From assembly GCA_030390025.1 (NCBI GenBank), contig CM059431.1:109742001-109806000 (forward strand): DNA of 64,000 nt. The letters run 5' to 3'. The position numbers and the translations under genes were made by a program. Positions 39,380 through 52,991 of the stretch are shown piece after piece (within the stretch, counting starts at the first letter, position 1; each line of letters starts with the position of its first letter). The notes beneath the pieces are model-generated. The model saw nothing but the letters and a program-made list of their open reading frames with translations, did not search any database and had not been told where the DNA came from. Source of the stretch: Squalus acanthias. Lineage: Eukaryota.

Positions 39380-39750
39380 GACATAAGAAATAGGAGCAGG
39401 AGTAGGCCATTTGGCCCCTCGAGCCTGCTCCGCCATTCAATAAGATCATGGCTGATCTTCTACCTCATCTCCACTTTCCTGCACTATCCCCATATCCCAT
39501 GATTCCCTTAATATTCAAAAATCTATCGATCTCTGTCTTGAATATACTCAACGACTGAGCCTCCACAGCCCTCTGGGGTAGAGAATTCCAAAGATTCACC
39601 ACCCACTGAGTGAAGAAATTCCTCCTCATCTCAGTCCTAAATGGCCGATCCCTTATTCTGAGACTGTGACCCCTGGTTCTAGACTCCCTAGCCAGGGGAA
39701 ACATCCTCCCTGCATCTACCCTGTCAAGCCCTGTAAGAATTTTGTATGTT
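39380..39750 (-). mobile_element. CR1 3' fragment
   Basis: MFPLARESRTRGHSLRI...WNSLP. Confidence 0.88.
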
Positions 39751-39894
39751 TTGAGACCACTTCTTTACTAGAGCAACATAGGGGGTGGTTTTAACCTAAT
39801 CCGCCCATTGGGAAACTGGCAGGGTCGGGTGCAACACTGATTTTACACGCTGCCCAATTTTACTCTCCGTTGACATCGACGGAGAGCTACAGTT

Positions 39895-40333
39895 AAAGAA
39901 AAAAGAAAGACTTGCATTTATATAGCGCCTTCCACTGATCACCGGACATCCCAAAGCACTTTACAGCCAATGAAGTACTTTTTGAAGTGTAGTCACTGTT
40001 GTAATGTAGGCAACGCGGCAGCCAATTTGCGCACAGCAAGCTCCCACAAAACAGCAATGTGATAATGACCAAATAATCCGTTTTAGTGATGTTGGTTGAG
40101 GGATAAGTACTGGCCAGGACACCGGGGATAACTCCCCTGCTCTTCTTCAAAATAGTGGCCATGGGATCTTTCACATCGGGGCCTCGGTTTAACGTCTCAT
40201 CCGAAAGACGGCACCTCCGACAGTGCAGCACTCCCTCAGCACTGCACTGGAGTGTCAGCCTAGATTTGTGTGCTCAAGTCCCTGGAGTGGGACTCAGAGG
40301 CGAGTGTGCTACCGACTGAGCCATGGCTGACAC
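39895..40333 (-). mobile_element. DeuSINE
   Basis: Family match. Confidence 0.87.
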
Positions 40334-40369
40334 AGTTATTAACATTATCAATTTTACAAGCAGCTGGAA

Positions 40370-40870
40370 GGTGTGCTGCATTTCTTCAGGGTGGCTATGT
40401 TCCCAAGAATATTAGGCCTGATTGATGAAACCAATGGGGTCATACAGGCTCCTTTCAAAAATGCTATGGCTGTCGTGAATGGGAAGAGATTTCATTTGAT
40501 GAATGTACAGGTTGTATGTGCCCATCGGCATCAAATCATGCAGTTGGATGGCAGACAGATTGGAAGCCACCAGTACACATTTATCTTACAACTGTTTTCC
40601 GTGCCAACATTATTTAATGCAATATCCAAACTAGACAACAAGATCCTGGGGTCAAGGGATACTCTGCTGAGCCTTGGCTTATGAAACCAATATCCAAAAT
40701 TCATGAAGCACAGCTGAAAGAAAATACACCTCCGCAGGGATACAAATGGGGCACACCACAGTCAAGCTGTCGGAAAGATTCTGCTGCTTGGACCAGTCCT
40801 GGGGATGTCACATTATACAGCTACAAAAACAGGGATCCAGAATGTTAGCACGATGCACAAACTGCTCTCG
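40370..40870 (+). pseudogene. Decayed PIF/Harbinger DDE transposase core
   Basis: FPRILGLIDET...VNGKRFHLMNVQVVC...GSHQYTFIL then KGY..WLM.P and RFCCLDQS in shifted frames; parallels HARBI1-family motifs (GAIDGTH, NRKGFHSINVQ, GS.HDAFIL, GDKGYPL). Confidence 0.75.
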
Positions 40871-41421
40871 GAAGAGAAATCGTGCAGCAGGTGGAAAAGA
40901 AGAGCGTCAGGCAGACCCTTAAGAAGACAATGAGAATGAGCCAGAGGCTGAAGACTTTTCAGTTGTGCTGGAGCTGCAGCAAAGGAGATAAATCCAGCGG
41001 AGTTCAATCAATAATAATTGAAATTTAAGATCAAAGTCACCCCAGTACAAACATTGCTGATTACATGCTCTCAACTCCATGCCCACCAGCATCGTATACT
41101 TGAACTCAGCCACTACATATGCCCATTTTTTTTAATTCTTGCTGCAGAAAACTGTCCCAGTATAAATGGATTCTCTGCACAAGATGGAAATGTCCAATAA
41201 TTTATTACCTTGATAACATTTGATGTGTTGTAAATTAGTGTTTTTGTTCCCCCACAGTACTTCCCTTTTGTGACTTTATATAGTAAATATATCCTACGAC
41301 CTAATCGAGTGCTTTCTCTACCTGCTACCCATAATCGGAGAAGTAAGATAGCTGGCCATTGGATGTCATTGAGTTGCTTCTGGATATAATGGAGTTGCAC
41401 CTCAGATGGGAAGTGGTTCCT

Positions 41422-42070
41422 TAGAATCATAGAATCATAGAATGGTTACAGCACGGAAGAAGGCCATTGGGCCCATCGAGCCCGTGCCGGCTCTCTGCAA
41501 GAGCACTTCAGCTCGTCCTACCCCCCCGCCCTTTCCCCGTAGCCCTGCAAATTTCTTTCCTTCAGATACTTATCCAACTCCCTTTTGAAAGCCGTGATTG
41601 AATCTGCCTCCACCACCCTTTCAGGCAGTGCATTCCAGATCCTAAACACTCACTGCGTAAAAAAGTTTTTTCTTACGTCGCCTTTGGTTCTTTTGCCAAT
41701 CACCTTAAATCTGTGTCCTCTGGTTCTCGACCCTTCCGCCAATGGGAACAGATTCCCTCTATCTAATCTGTCCAGACCCCTCACGATTTCGAACACCTCG
41801 ATCAAATCTCCTCTCAATCTTCTCTGCTCCAAGCAGAACAACCCAAGCTTCTCCAGTCTATCAACGTAACTGAAGTCCCTCATTCCTGGAATCATTCTCG
41901 TAAATCTTTTCTACACCCTCTCTAAGGCCTTCACATCCTTCCTAAGGTGCGGTGCCCAGAGTTGGACACAGTACTCCAGTTGGGGCCGAACTAGTGTTTT
42001 ATACAGGTTCATCATAATTTTCACACTTTTATACTTTATGCCTCTATTCATGAAGCCCAGGATCCTGTAA
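41422..42070 (-). mobile_element. CR1 3' fragment
   Basis: MIPGMRDFSYVDRLEKLGLF...RRLRGDLIEVF. Confidence 0.9.
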
Positions 42071-42082
42071 GGTTCCTTACCT

Positions 42083-42385
42083 CTAATCTAAGGATAAGGG
42101 GTAAGCCATGTAGGACAGAAATGAGGAAGAATTTCTTCACCCAGAGAGTGGTGAACCTGTGGAATTCTCTACCACAGAAGGTAGTTGAGGCCAAGTCATT
42201 AAATATATTCAAGAATGAGTTAGATATATTTCTTAAAGCTAAAGGTATCAAGGGATATGGGGAGAAGGCAGGTACAGGGTACTGAGTTTGGATGATCAGC
42301 CATGATCTCATCGAATGGCGGAGCAGGCTCGAGGGGCCGAATGGCCTACTCTTGCTCCTATCTTCTATGTTTCTATGTTTCTATG
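42083..42385 (+). mobile_element. CR1 3' fragment
   Basis: Near-identical to the reverse complement of 63238-63520. Confidence 0.9.
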
Positions 42386-42559
42386 TTGGGCCCTGCACTG
42401 CTGGTGCTTGTTGAACCCTGGGCCTACCCTCTTTCTGGATCAGCACGGGCCCTTTGAGTTGGATAACTGGGTGGCATGGCTGTTGAGTTCCCTGGAAGAC
42501 CTCTCTTATCCATCCCATCTCCTGCTATGCTCCTGCAGCAGGCCACTCCCTCAGCATGT

Positions 42560-43050
42560 CAACAACAACAACAACTTGTATTTAGATAGTGCCTTTAACG
42601 TAGTAAAACGTCCCAAGGCGCTGCACAGGAGTATTATAAGACAATAAAATTTGACACCGAGCCACATAAGGAGAAATTAGGGCAGGTGACCGAAAGCTTG
42701 GTCAAAGAGGTAGGTTTTAAGGAGGGTCTTAAAGGAGGAAAGAGAGGTAGCGAGGCGGAGAGGTTTAGGGAGGGAATTCCAGAGCTTAGGGCCGAGGCAA
42801 CAGAAGGCACGGCCACCAATAGTTGAGCGATTAGAATCAGGGATGCTCAAGAGGGCAGAATTAGAGGAGCGCAGATATCTCGGGGGGTTGTGGGGCTGAA
42901 GGAGATTACAGAGATAGGAAGAGGCGAGGCCATGGAGGGATTTGAAAACAAGGATGAGAATTTTGAAATCAAGGCGCTGCTTAACCGGGAGCCAATGTAG
43001 GTCAGCGAGCACAGGGGAGATGGGCGAACGGGACTTGGTGCGAGTTGTGA
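42560..43050 (-). mobile_element. L2 LINE 3' end
   Basis: ISPVLADLHWLPVKQRLDFKIL...GGRAF...LWNSLP...FKTLLKTYLF; (TTG)n tail. Confidence 0.9.
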
Positions 43051-43204
43051 TATGCATGCGAGCAGACCACAGAGTTGCAATATGGTTGTTGAAACTACGG
43101 TATTGTCTAGTCAATTGCCCAACAAGGTGAATCTAGACCAGGACAGTCATTGTAGTCCAAGGTCTCTATATCATCATTGCTGAGAGAACCGACATCTTTG
43201 CTTA

Positions 43205-43740
43205 GTACGAACATACGGACAATGACGGGCAGGAAAAGACTCTCTCATCCACTCAGCTTGTCCCACACAATTGCGATATCTTGTGTATCACAATAAATAC
43301 ACTTCACCCCACCCAAAAGCCATGTGGCCTCCTGGGGGAGACAATAAAACAGATAAAGGCCCAGGCTAATCTGGAGGGAAAAATCTGGGAAATTCCTCTC
43401 CGACCCATCTAGGCGATCGAAACTAGTCCAGGAGATCACTCTGGCCCTGAATCCCCTGCAGTACCTACCCATTGTAAGAGGTGATGTCCGCCTCAGCCAG
43501 AAGCAGGTCCAGCTCTCGCTTGAAGGAACTTAGTGAATCGGCGTCCACCACACAAGACGGCAGCCTGTTCCAGAGGTTTACTATTCTCTAGGAAAAGAAC
43601 CACCTCCTGACATCAAACTTAGATCTGGCCCTCACTAACCTATTTAATTGGAACAAACTGTCAGCTGGAACACAATCTATTCCGGTCATCATCTAACAAA
43701 CCTCAATCAGATCACCCCTAAGTCTACGCTGCTCTAAGGT
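43205..43740 (-). mobile_element. CR1 subfamily with long 3' UTR
   Basis: Minus strand DVRRWFFS.RIVNLWNRLPSCVVDADSLSSFKRELD followed by a UTR shared with 7592-7820. Confidence 0.8.
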
Positions 43741-43949
43741 ACCTATGTTAAGAGTGGGGGCGGGGTGCTCCAATACAGATGCCCTGGAGGTACCAAGTAG
43801 CTGAGGTGGCCTGGAGCTGGCCCTCTGGCCAGGTCATTCCTGTTCCTCTGCTGCCTCCTACACTTGCTCCTCTTGACTCACCCAGTGCTCCTTCCTTCAA
43901 TTATAAATCTGAATTCCCTGAGTGGATGCTCCTCTGGTGGTGCTTGCGA

Positions 43950-44960
43950 CAGATAGAGTTAAGTGCCGGTCTGTGCAGTGAGGTGATAATCGTCCTCAAC
44001 ATTTTAAACATTAGACATTTGTGCCATTGGCTTTCACCTGCACTGTCCTCTCATGCCAGAGAACAGACTATCCAAAGATGGCCACCATCCTTTGCTGTAC
44101 CTCCCTTAGCATCACCTCCAGGACTCTCTCTGTAAAAAGGGGCAGTGCTCACTCCCTGGGCTTTTGCAATACCCTCGGCCATCTGTTTCAATGTACTCTA
44201 TACGACTGCGCTTGCTGAAAACTTTCTGGGGATGGTTTATGTATTGCTACCACCCCGTTTGTACTTCAGAGCCTGGCTGCAGCAAGTATGGTTGTAGTGC
44301 CGATTATGGCTTGGTTTCCACCCGTTCGTATTTTCAGACAGACCTTGACCTAAGTGGCTCCCAGTAGGAAACAAGAAGAAGCCTTGTGAATTGGAGCCAG
44401 ATGATGTAGTTATGACCCCCACCCCACCCCGCGCCCCCAACACCATTTCAGTCTCTGCCCGCACTGTTACCGACAGTTCCTGCTACCCGACAGGCATGGG
44501 CAGTACAAGTCGAGAAGTGGCCATTTTTAATGATATTCGAAGGAATCCACATCGTCCCTTAGCTAAAACTGTAGAAAGTTTTTGGGAGCTATTTTGCTCA
44601 CATTGGGCAGTGTTTTTTTTTTGCTACGTAAATGATCTCAATGGGGTTGTGGTTGCTGCAGAACATTCCGAATTCTTAAGGGGCTTCTGGCATTGGACTT
44701 TCTTTTTTCTTCATGGGGGTCCTTCTGTCATCCGTGACCTGGTGAATGTAGTAGGGTCACTGCCGACTCTGGCAGGAGGAGGAGCAGCAGATGGAGCTGC
44801 AACTGGAGGGAGACCAAGCAGAACAAGGTGTGCTCGCAGGAATCCTTACCCTCCCACGCCAATCCTTTCGGGCGGAGGCAGTGCTCGACTTACGCTGGAA
44901 ATGAAAATCACCCTGCCACACGTTGAAACTGTGTTTGCACCTTTAAGGCCATGATGGCAG
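43950..44960. mobile_element. Highly decayed Harbinger element with Myb-like (minus) and transposase-like (plus) remnants
   Basis: Minus ~44000-44165 reads PRE..LFTERVLEVMLREVQQRMVAIFG (Myb/SANT-like); plus ~44820-44880 RRNPYPP resembles the start of the HARBI1-like transposase region. Confidence 0.45.
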
Positions 44961-45429
44961 CTCTTTAAAACTGCTTCTGTACCAAATATCCTGCTGTCAC
45001 AGCCTGCACGTAACCCATGCCATGTTGGGAACACTGAATAATTACTTAAATGGGCACACACCTCGCAAACCCTCCATGTGCTTCTGACGTGAATCACACT
45101 CGTGCACTTCTGGGTGCTCTGTCACGGTGTCCTTGTCGTAAATTGGTCCTCATATTGGTCATTTTGAAGATATGAGAAGCAAGACTTATTTTGGGCAATC
45201 TTAAAGGGGCAGGGTCATCGGGAACTTCACCATGTGAGATAATGTCACTTCTGATGCGATGATGTCGTCATGTGGCTAATGCCTGTAGGAAATTTTTTCT
45301 GATGTAACTGCCCAACACAGAAAACAAAAAAAAACCAAGCTCCATGGTGAATGTGGAATCGGGTACAGAGCAGACTCTACGGAGCAATTGGCTCAACTGT
45401 TAGCTGAACTTTTGAAGCATACTATAGAA

Positions 45430-46046
45430 TAGAAACATAGAAAAATAGAAACATAGGAGCAGGAGTAGGCCATTCAGCCCTTCGAGCCTGCTCCGCCATT
45501 CAATTTGATCAGGGCTGATCCTCTATCTCAATACCATATTCCCGCTCTCTCCCCATCCCCCTTGATGCCTTTTGTGTCTAGAAATCTATCTATCTCCTTC
45601 TTAAATATATTCAGTGACTTGGCCTCCACAGCCTTCTGTGGTAGAGAATTCCACAGGTTCACCACCCTCTGAGTGAAGAAATTTCTCCTCATCTCAGTCC
45701 TAAATGTCCTACCCCGTATCCTGAGACTGTGACCCCTCGTTCTCGACCCCCCAGCCAGGGGAAACATCCTCCCTGCATCCAGTCTGTCTAGCCCTGTCAG
45801 AATTTATACATTTCAATGAGATCCCCTCTCATTCTTCTAAACACTAGTGAATACAGGCCTAGTCAACCCAATCACTCCTCATACGACAGTCCTGCCATCC
45901 CAGGAATCAGTATGGTGAACCTTTTACTGCACTCCCTCTATGGCAAGTATATCCTTTCTTAGGTAAGGAGACCAAAACTGCACACAGTACTCCAGGTGTG
46001 ATCTCACCAAGGCCCTGTATAACTATAGTAAGACATCCTTGCTCCT
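45430..46046 (-). mobile_element. CR1 3' fragment
   Basis: Near-identical to 38050-38670. Confidence 0.92.
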
Positions 46047-46054
46047 ATTCTGCT

Positions 46055-46521
46055 GTGTCAGCCGTGTCTCAGTGAGTAACACTCCCCGCCTCTGAATCAG
46101 AAGGTCGTGGGTTCAAGTCCTCACTCAGAGACTTGAGTACAAAAATCAAGGCTGACACTCCAGTGCAGTACTAAGGGAGTGCTGCACTGTCGGAGGTGCC
46201 GTCTTTCGGATGAGACATTAAACCGAGGCCCCGTCTGCTCTCTCAGGTGGATGTAAAAGATCCCGTGATAATATTTCGAGGAAGAGCAGGGGAGCTATCT
46301 CCGGTGTCCTGGCCAATATTTATCCCTCAAGCAACATCACGTAAAAAAACAGCTTATCTGGTCATTATTTCGTTGCTGTTTGTGGGAGCTTGCTGTGCGC
46401 CAATCGGCTGCCCCGTTGCTTACATTACAACAGTGACTGCACTTCAACTTCAATGGCTGTAAAGCGCTTTGGGAAGACCGGTGGTTGTAAAAGGCGTTAT
46501 ATAAATGCAAGTCTTTCTTTG
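46055..46521 (+). mobile_element. DeuSINE, full length
   Basis: Family match. Confidence 0.88.
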
Positions 46522-47041
46522 TAAGATCGCTTTAAGAGAAGTTGGCTACATTGTAATAGTGGAACTATTTTTATGGTTGCTTTGAGTCACATTTATACAT
46601 GTACTGCAGAATGTGTGCGTGTATGTAGGCATCCATATAGGACTGGCTACCTAGTTAGCTGCCGCACTATTTATCCTTTGTTAAATGTCCCTCAATATAG
46701 TGATGATTGCAGTGCGCTTACTAATCTTTCCCTTTGTCTGGATAACGTATTCTCCTTTGAACAAGCGATGCTCTTTGTTTCTCCTCATGGAATTGTTTTT
46801 TGTTGTTGACCTATTTATGGTTACCATGATGTGCAATTGTTTAACAGGAAGACAACAGCTAAGAGTATTATGTGCAGAAGAGCAGATGGATATGGGAGAA
46901 TAACATACTACTGATGGGAAAACATAACCCACAAAGGTAACGTCAGGAGCACAAACCGCTTCCAGTACCACTCTGCACTTCCCAGTTGTTGTGCCATTTA
47001 TAGCCATACATTTTATAAAAAGTAAAATAGACAGCGCTGCC

Positions 47042-49110
47042 TGGGTTGACAACCCCTTTGTCAACCCTGCAGGACTGGCCTGGAGTCTCCAGGAATTAAC
47101 GGTTAATCTCCGGGGCATTGCTGCCAGCAAACACCGGGAATAAAATCACAGGGGCATTAAAAAAAAATTGTACGTTGTTTTAATTTTCTTGGAGCACTTT
47201 CATTTATTAGTTGTAAAAATATTGGAGAGGGGAAAATTGGCTGTTTGACTGACAATCAAGAGTCACCCAATCAAGTAAAAAAGGCCGGGATTTTCCACAC
47301 CTCAGCAGGTCCGGGTCGGGCGATGTCGGTGGCGGGTCACGGCCCCGCTGCTGGCTTCATGCCGCTCTGGAAAATGAATTTATGTTGATTGGGTTTGTTA
47401 AGCCCGCCCAGCGTGTTTCCTGGTCCAATTAGAAGGAGTGACTCTGGTGACGTCATTCATGACGCGTCATCAGCCGGTTTCCTTAAAGGGACCATGGCCA
47501 CCTTACTTTTGACGTTTGTGCTGTCAGTGTTCTACAGCATTGAGGTGCTGCAAACACTGACAAGCACTGCACAGAGGTGCACGGCTGCACCCAGGCTCTC
47601 CCCTGACTTATGTCATATATGCTTATGGAGGGAGTCACAGCACGCAGGGAGGTCCTCTTCCCTTCCCATGGGCGGAAGAGACCCCAGGAGACCAACACAG
47701 CCTGGTTGCACATTGCAGAGGAGGTCACAAGCAGGGATGTGGTCAGGAGGACCTGGGTGCAGTGCCGCATTAGATCACGAAACGTTAGTACAAAGTCACA
47801 CTCACCTTCATCCTGCTGTGCCTCTCATCACATCCCCTCACTCTGCCTTCCCTACCCTACTCCTGCACATCCTTACTCACACCAACTTACCTTGAACCTC
47901 CACCCATCCCTCTCTCTCTCTATCTACATTATCACATCCCCATCTCACTAGCCACCCCTCAAACTCACCCTCATCCTAGTGCAATCATACCAACTAACAA
48001 CACACAAGAGTAGTCACTTGGATGTTTTATCCAATGTTCATGTAAAGTTTCTGTTAATATGCTGTCAAACATTGAAACCCTTATTTTCAACACTTTGCGT
48101 TCTTGGACAGATTTGTGTGCAGCTTTGGAAGTGGCTTAGTGAGCTGCAGTGAATGGTGAGACATAATGGTACCCCCGCAATGGTGATGAGTGTGAAAGGA
48201 ATGGCTTGGGCATTGTAGGGATGCTTTATGGGGTGGTGCCAACCTGGCGCATCATGTGGCATCCAGGGTGTACAGCGTCAAGTGAAGTAAATCTGGCCAT
48301 GGTTAGGCCATCCCTGGCCTCCCGGGCAGCAATGTGCTCGGGTGCTGACGCCCTGTGTCTTGTGCAGCATCAGGTGATTGCAGAGAAGGTTGGTGTTGTT
48401 GTTGGTGCTGCTGGTGTGCCTGGTGCTGCTGGTGTTGGGGCTGATCGTGGTGGGATACTGAGGACCAAGGTGAGACAGTATAAAGGGCACCCATGTTGAT
48501 GGAATAGATGGCAGGTGAAATAGAGATGACAGAAACGATCTGTCAATGGTGAGAGAGTTCTTCCAATGAGGTAAGAGTGGATGGAGAGTGGAAAGTGGAA
48601 ATCCTTCAGAATCTGTGCTGGAAATGGACTGAGAAACAGCTTGTGGCTGATGATCTGTCAGGTGGAAGCTTTTACTGTACATTTGAAGCTGTCAATTAAT
48701 CAGCTGGAGCAATGGCCACTGAACTCCCGCAGTTGTGGTCCCCAAACAGTGTGGTTCCCGTGGTCATGAGTTAAAGTCAAAAGGTAAGTTTAAAAAGCCT
48801 GTTAAGCATCTGTCAACTAGATGCTAATGATTTTAATTGTAGCGCCCACCGCTGCCAGTCGGGTCTGCTCAGCGCCGACAGACCCGACATTGGGAAAGGC
48901 GCGATGCGGCGGGTTCCTGACCCGCTGTCAAAAATAAAAATTCCCACCCGATCCGCCACCGATCCGGCCCGCTGACGCCATGAAAAATCTCGGCCAAAGA
49001 GTCTGTTCGCTTTACACTTGGGGAAGGCAAAGCGTCGCAATGATGGACGTGTTAGGCGACCAATGGCAGGAGTGTGGGGCCAGGCAAGGTGATTGGAGGC
49101 GAGAGAATAA
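47042..49110. mobile_element. hAT-type MITE relative of 34028-34403 (inverted), split by a Harbinger insertion
   Basis: 47042-47282 and 48996-49110 are reverse-complement homologous to 34028-34403. Confidence 0.65.
47283..48995. mobile_element. PIF/Harbinger deletion derivative carrying a Myb/SANT-like remnant
   Basis: TIRs GGCCGGGATTTTCC...GAAAAATCTCGGCC; TSD AAA/AAA; plus ~47580-47775 APRLS...LMEGVTARREVLFPSHGRKRPQETNTAWLHIAEEVTSRDVVRRTWVQCR. Confidence 0.8.
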
Positions 49111-49210
49111 AGTTTAGTGTCCCTTTTTATGTTACTACACTCACACTCCAGGTGGCGTACGTCGAACTCAGAATCTTCAGTAAGAGTGCAGCCGAATGGT
49201 TGACTGGGTT

Positions 49211-49760
49211 TCATAGAATCATAGAATAGTACAGGACAGAAAGAGGCCATTCGGCTCATCGAGTCTGCGCCAGCTCTTTCGAAGAACAATCCAGTTAGTC
49301 CCACTGCCCCCTTTTTCCTGTAATTTTTTCTCCTTCAAGTATTTATCCAATTCCCTTTTGAAGGCTACTATTGAATCTGTATCCACCACCCTATCAGGCA
49401 GTGCATTCCAAATCCTAACCACTCGTTGCGTAAAAAAGTTTTTCCTCATGTCACCTCTGGTTCTTTTGCCAATCACCTTAAATCTGTGCCCTCTGGTTAT
49501 CGACCCTTCAGCCATTGGAAACAGTTTCTCTTTATTTACTCTATCTAAGCCCTTCATGATTTTGAACACCTCTATCAAATCTCCGCTTAACCTTCTCTGC
49601 TTCAAGGAGAACAACCCCAGCTTCTCTAGTCTATCCACGTAACTGTATTCCCTCATCCATGGAACCATTCTCGTAAATCTCTTCGGTACCCTATCCAAAG
49701 CCTTCACGCCCTCCTAAAGTGTGCTGCCCAGAATTGGACACAGTACTCCAGCTAGGGCCG
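49211..49760 (-). mobile_element. CR1 3' fragment
   Basis: KALDRVPKRFTRMVP...FTQRVVRIWNALP. Confidence 0.9.
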
Positions 49761-52700
49761 AAAGTTTGTGTCTTCTGTTTCACTCCCTTTGCATGGAATG
49801 ACCTCCTCCTCTCACCCAGTGCCTCGATCTCCTTCCTCCTTTCCATTATATTGTTCTTTCTTCTACCCCGCCTCCCACTCCCTGCATTTATTTACCCTTG
49901 GGACATAGCAACAGCTGTGGCCAAAGGCCCTTGTCTTATGTGATTTACTTGGTCTTCTGGGGGTTCCTCTGATCCCTTGCTCACCTACTTAACTCCAGAA
50001 CCTATTCCCTCACCTTGCTAACTTGCTTCTGTACCTGCAATATTTGTTTTTATCATGTCGTTGATTGATTTATCATGCAATGTGTAATTAATATGCTCAA
50101 ATACCTGCTCTACTCTATACTTCAATTTGCTTCTCTATTGTCTTTTAATGTTTGACATTTCAAAAAAAAACACTGGCAAAGTTCATGATCTCAGGTAAAC
50201 TGAGGTCATGTGACACCATTGATATTATTTCCAATTCACAAAAAGCATAACTGACTCTCAGACTATACGTGAAATAACGAGATTAATATATGCTGATACA
50301 CTATGACATCATGACAGTCCTGCTCCCGCTATTAATCATTTCAAATATCACTACTAACTACATTTACAAAGCACTTGAATGTCATATTCAGCCATTAGAA
50401 TTTAGATTGAAAGGTGCAGCACAGCAGTATTATAACCGCATAGTTTACATAGAGAGCTTATTATCATTAGTGCTATTTAGCGTAATAATAAATTAGAGAT
50501 AGCAAGATATCTTGTAACATAGAGAAATATCCAGCCTTTCTTTGTACTATAAACTTAAAATTGTTTTCACAAATAGGCTATAGCTTTTCCACTGATCAAA
50601 AATTAATTCTAATTTTATTAAATCCTGAACTAGCAATGCTGCCAGCGTTCCAGCTAAGTCTGTAACATGAGAAAAAAATTGGTGTGCACCCAGTTTAATG
50701 ACTGCAGCATTTTATTTTATACCTTGTGTACAAAACTGGGTATTGTTTGTATCCGATTCATTTGTGTTAAGTGACCTTTTATCTTTGATGTTCAGAGATA
50801 TTTCAGCTTTCTTAATGTTGTTTTCAGAACCGCGCTGACCTTTATCGGGTAACAGTGAGATTCGACTAGCCGCCAGAGTCTGCCCATGTGGGATACATAT
50901 GCTGAGCATTACTGGTGTGTGCAGTAGTGGTAAGTGAAGTATTTACAAAAATTTGAGTTGACACATTTTATCAAATGTGGAAAGATGAAGACAAAACAGC
51001 TGCTATCCCTGTCGTAAGCAATCTTCTGATGATTGAATAAAAGTGTCAAGAAAATGGCTGGTTGATAGTCTTTTGTTCCCCACCATCTAGTTTGATGTTA
51101 GTTTGAGCTGTCAGTTACGTATCACAGTAGCGTGATTTATCAATAGAGAGAATGACCTTGTGGTTTCACTTCAAGTAAAGCTAGAAGACAGCACCCTCTA
51201 CTGAAGTTTACAGCTGCCAAGGAGATTGGCTTCAATGATCAAGTTTCTACTTAACTGACCTTTATTATTTGCTGATCACACTGCTAACTTTGTAAGTGAG
51301 CTGTGACATTGAAAGAAATTTCCAATAAGTACTGTACGGATTAATTGAAAGGTCTGGCAGGGCGGCGGGGGGCGGGGGTGACGTCCATCTTAAAAGCCAC
51401 TTGTGGGAAGTATGACACTGGGTTAACATGCGAGATCTTTCCATTACAAACTATCAAAACCATTCTTGCTGTTTTCGAGGAGCCTTTATTAAGGAGAAGC
51501 TAGCAAATGAAACTCAGTTAATTCCCGAAGCTCGGGCTTAGAGCACATAGCATTAAGTAATAAAATTGCCCTTAAATGCTGCAGTTGATTGGCAGCGTGC
51601 TTTTCAAAGAAGGCTGATGACTTTAATTGTGAAGGTGCCCCTTTGTTTGGATTTCAACAACTTCAGAACCAAGTAAAAAACCACAGCTGCTTCTTATTAG
51701 ATGCTTAACATCTGATCACAAGCCATTTAATATTTAGATAATATTCTTCTGCTGGTTAGATTGATTTGATAGAACTTGTGGCTTGTTTGAAATTTTTTAA
51801 ACCAAAGACATTTTTTTTTAATAGACTTCAAAGGGGTTTAAGAACTAAATGATTAGTGTGTTTATATTGCTATTCAGAACCAAAAATAATAGCATTGCTG
51901 GAAAAATAATAAAAAGGGCTTAATATTCTCATATGGCGATTTAAGATAAATAATTACTTTAGTTTCCTGTTCCACAGCAGTCTGAGGAACTAAACAGAGA
52001 ATAATGAATGCGGTAATAGATCATAGGTATGCAACTAATATTTATTTAAATCAACAGTAATAAGCTACACATTTGTATAATTAGTTCACTGGAAACATTT
52101 TTTCCATTTATCTTGTTTCTAATAGCTTGTGACTTACAGGTTTTTTTATGGTTCCTGATCATTAGCGGCAATACCACTGATATACTGGAATCTTACACAC
52201 AGTAGCCGAGTGGTTTCAATGCCTGCTGAATACAGCTGTGCTTGAAAGGCACCAGGAACAAAAGCTTGACCCATTGGGAAAGTCAAGGAAATGTTGGCAG
52301 AGTACGGATCAGTGTGCATGGATACAAAAGCATACCGCAGAATATACAGTGCAGCAAATGCACAGAATGTTAAAAGATTGCTCTCTACGTTGCCCTATCG
52401 CGGAGAGTGCAGACATTTTCTTTGCGTGAGGAGCACGCGTGAAACATGAGTTGGTGTACGTCAAGGGTTAGGGTAACACACTTGCAACTTTTGCACTGGT
52501 CTCCCAGCTGAAAGACATTGCATAACTTGCACCTTTCTGTTCACAAGTCATAAAAGTCTCAATTAATCTGTAATGCATGCTGGGCTTATGGGAAATAGAA
52601 CATCCAATATGCAAGAATGCTACAGTATTTGTTAATTTTTTTTTGTTGCAATGTCGCTAAATGGACCAAGCAGGGGGTATTTACTCACTCTCCCTCTTCC

Positions 52701-52991
52701 CCTTCCCCAGAACTGGATGTACAAATGTTGTTTCCACCCCACCCCGCCCCATAGTTTGAGATGGAAACTCCATAATAGCACCAGCTGGGCACAAACGACC
52801 ACTTCTGTGCTGAAATTTCTACGATTATATTTTCTGGGCGATTCCAGCTTTCTTCATTTACTGTGCATTATCAGGGTGGAATAGAGATTTTTTTTTTAAA
52901 ACAGAAACAGTGTGGAATTGTGATTGAAAACATTAGTTAATGTTGAGGACTGTTCGCTGAAGTACAACGATATGTTAGTGCTTCATGCATT

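Noticed and set aside
52455..52480. Minus-strand ACCCTAACCC resembling a telomerase RNA template, with CAAAGAAAATGTCTGC nearby
   Set aside because: No GCTGAC-type pseudoknot partner strand in the required order and no recognisable CR4/5 or H/ACA domain
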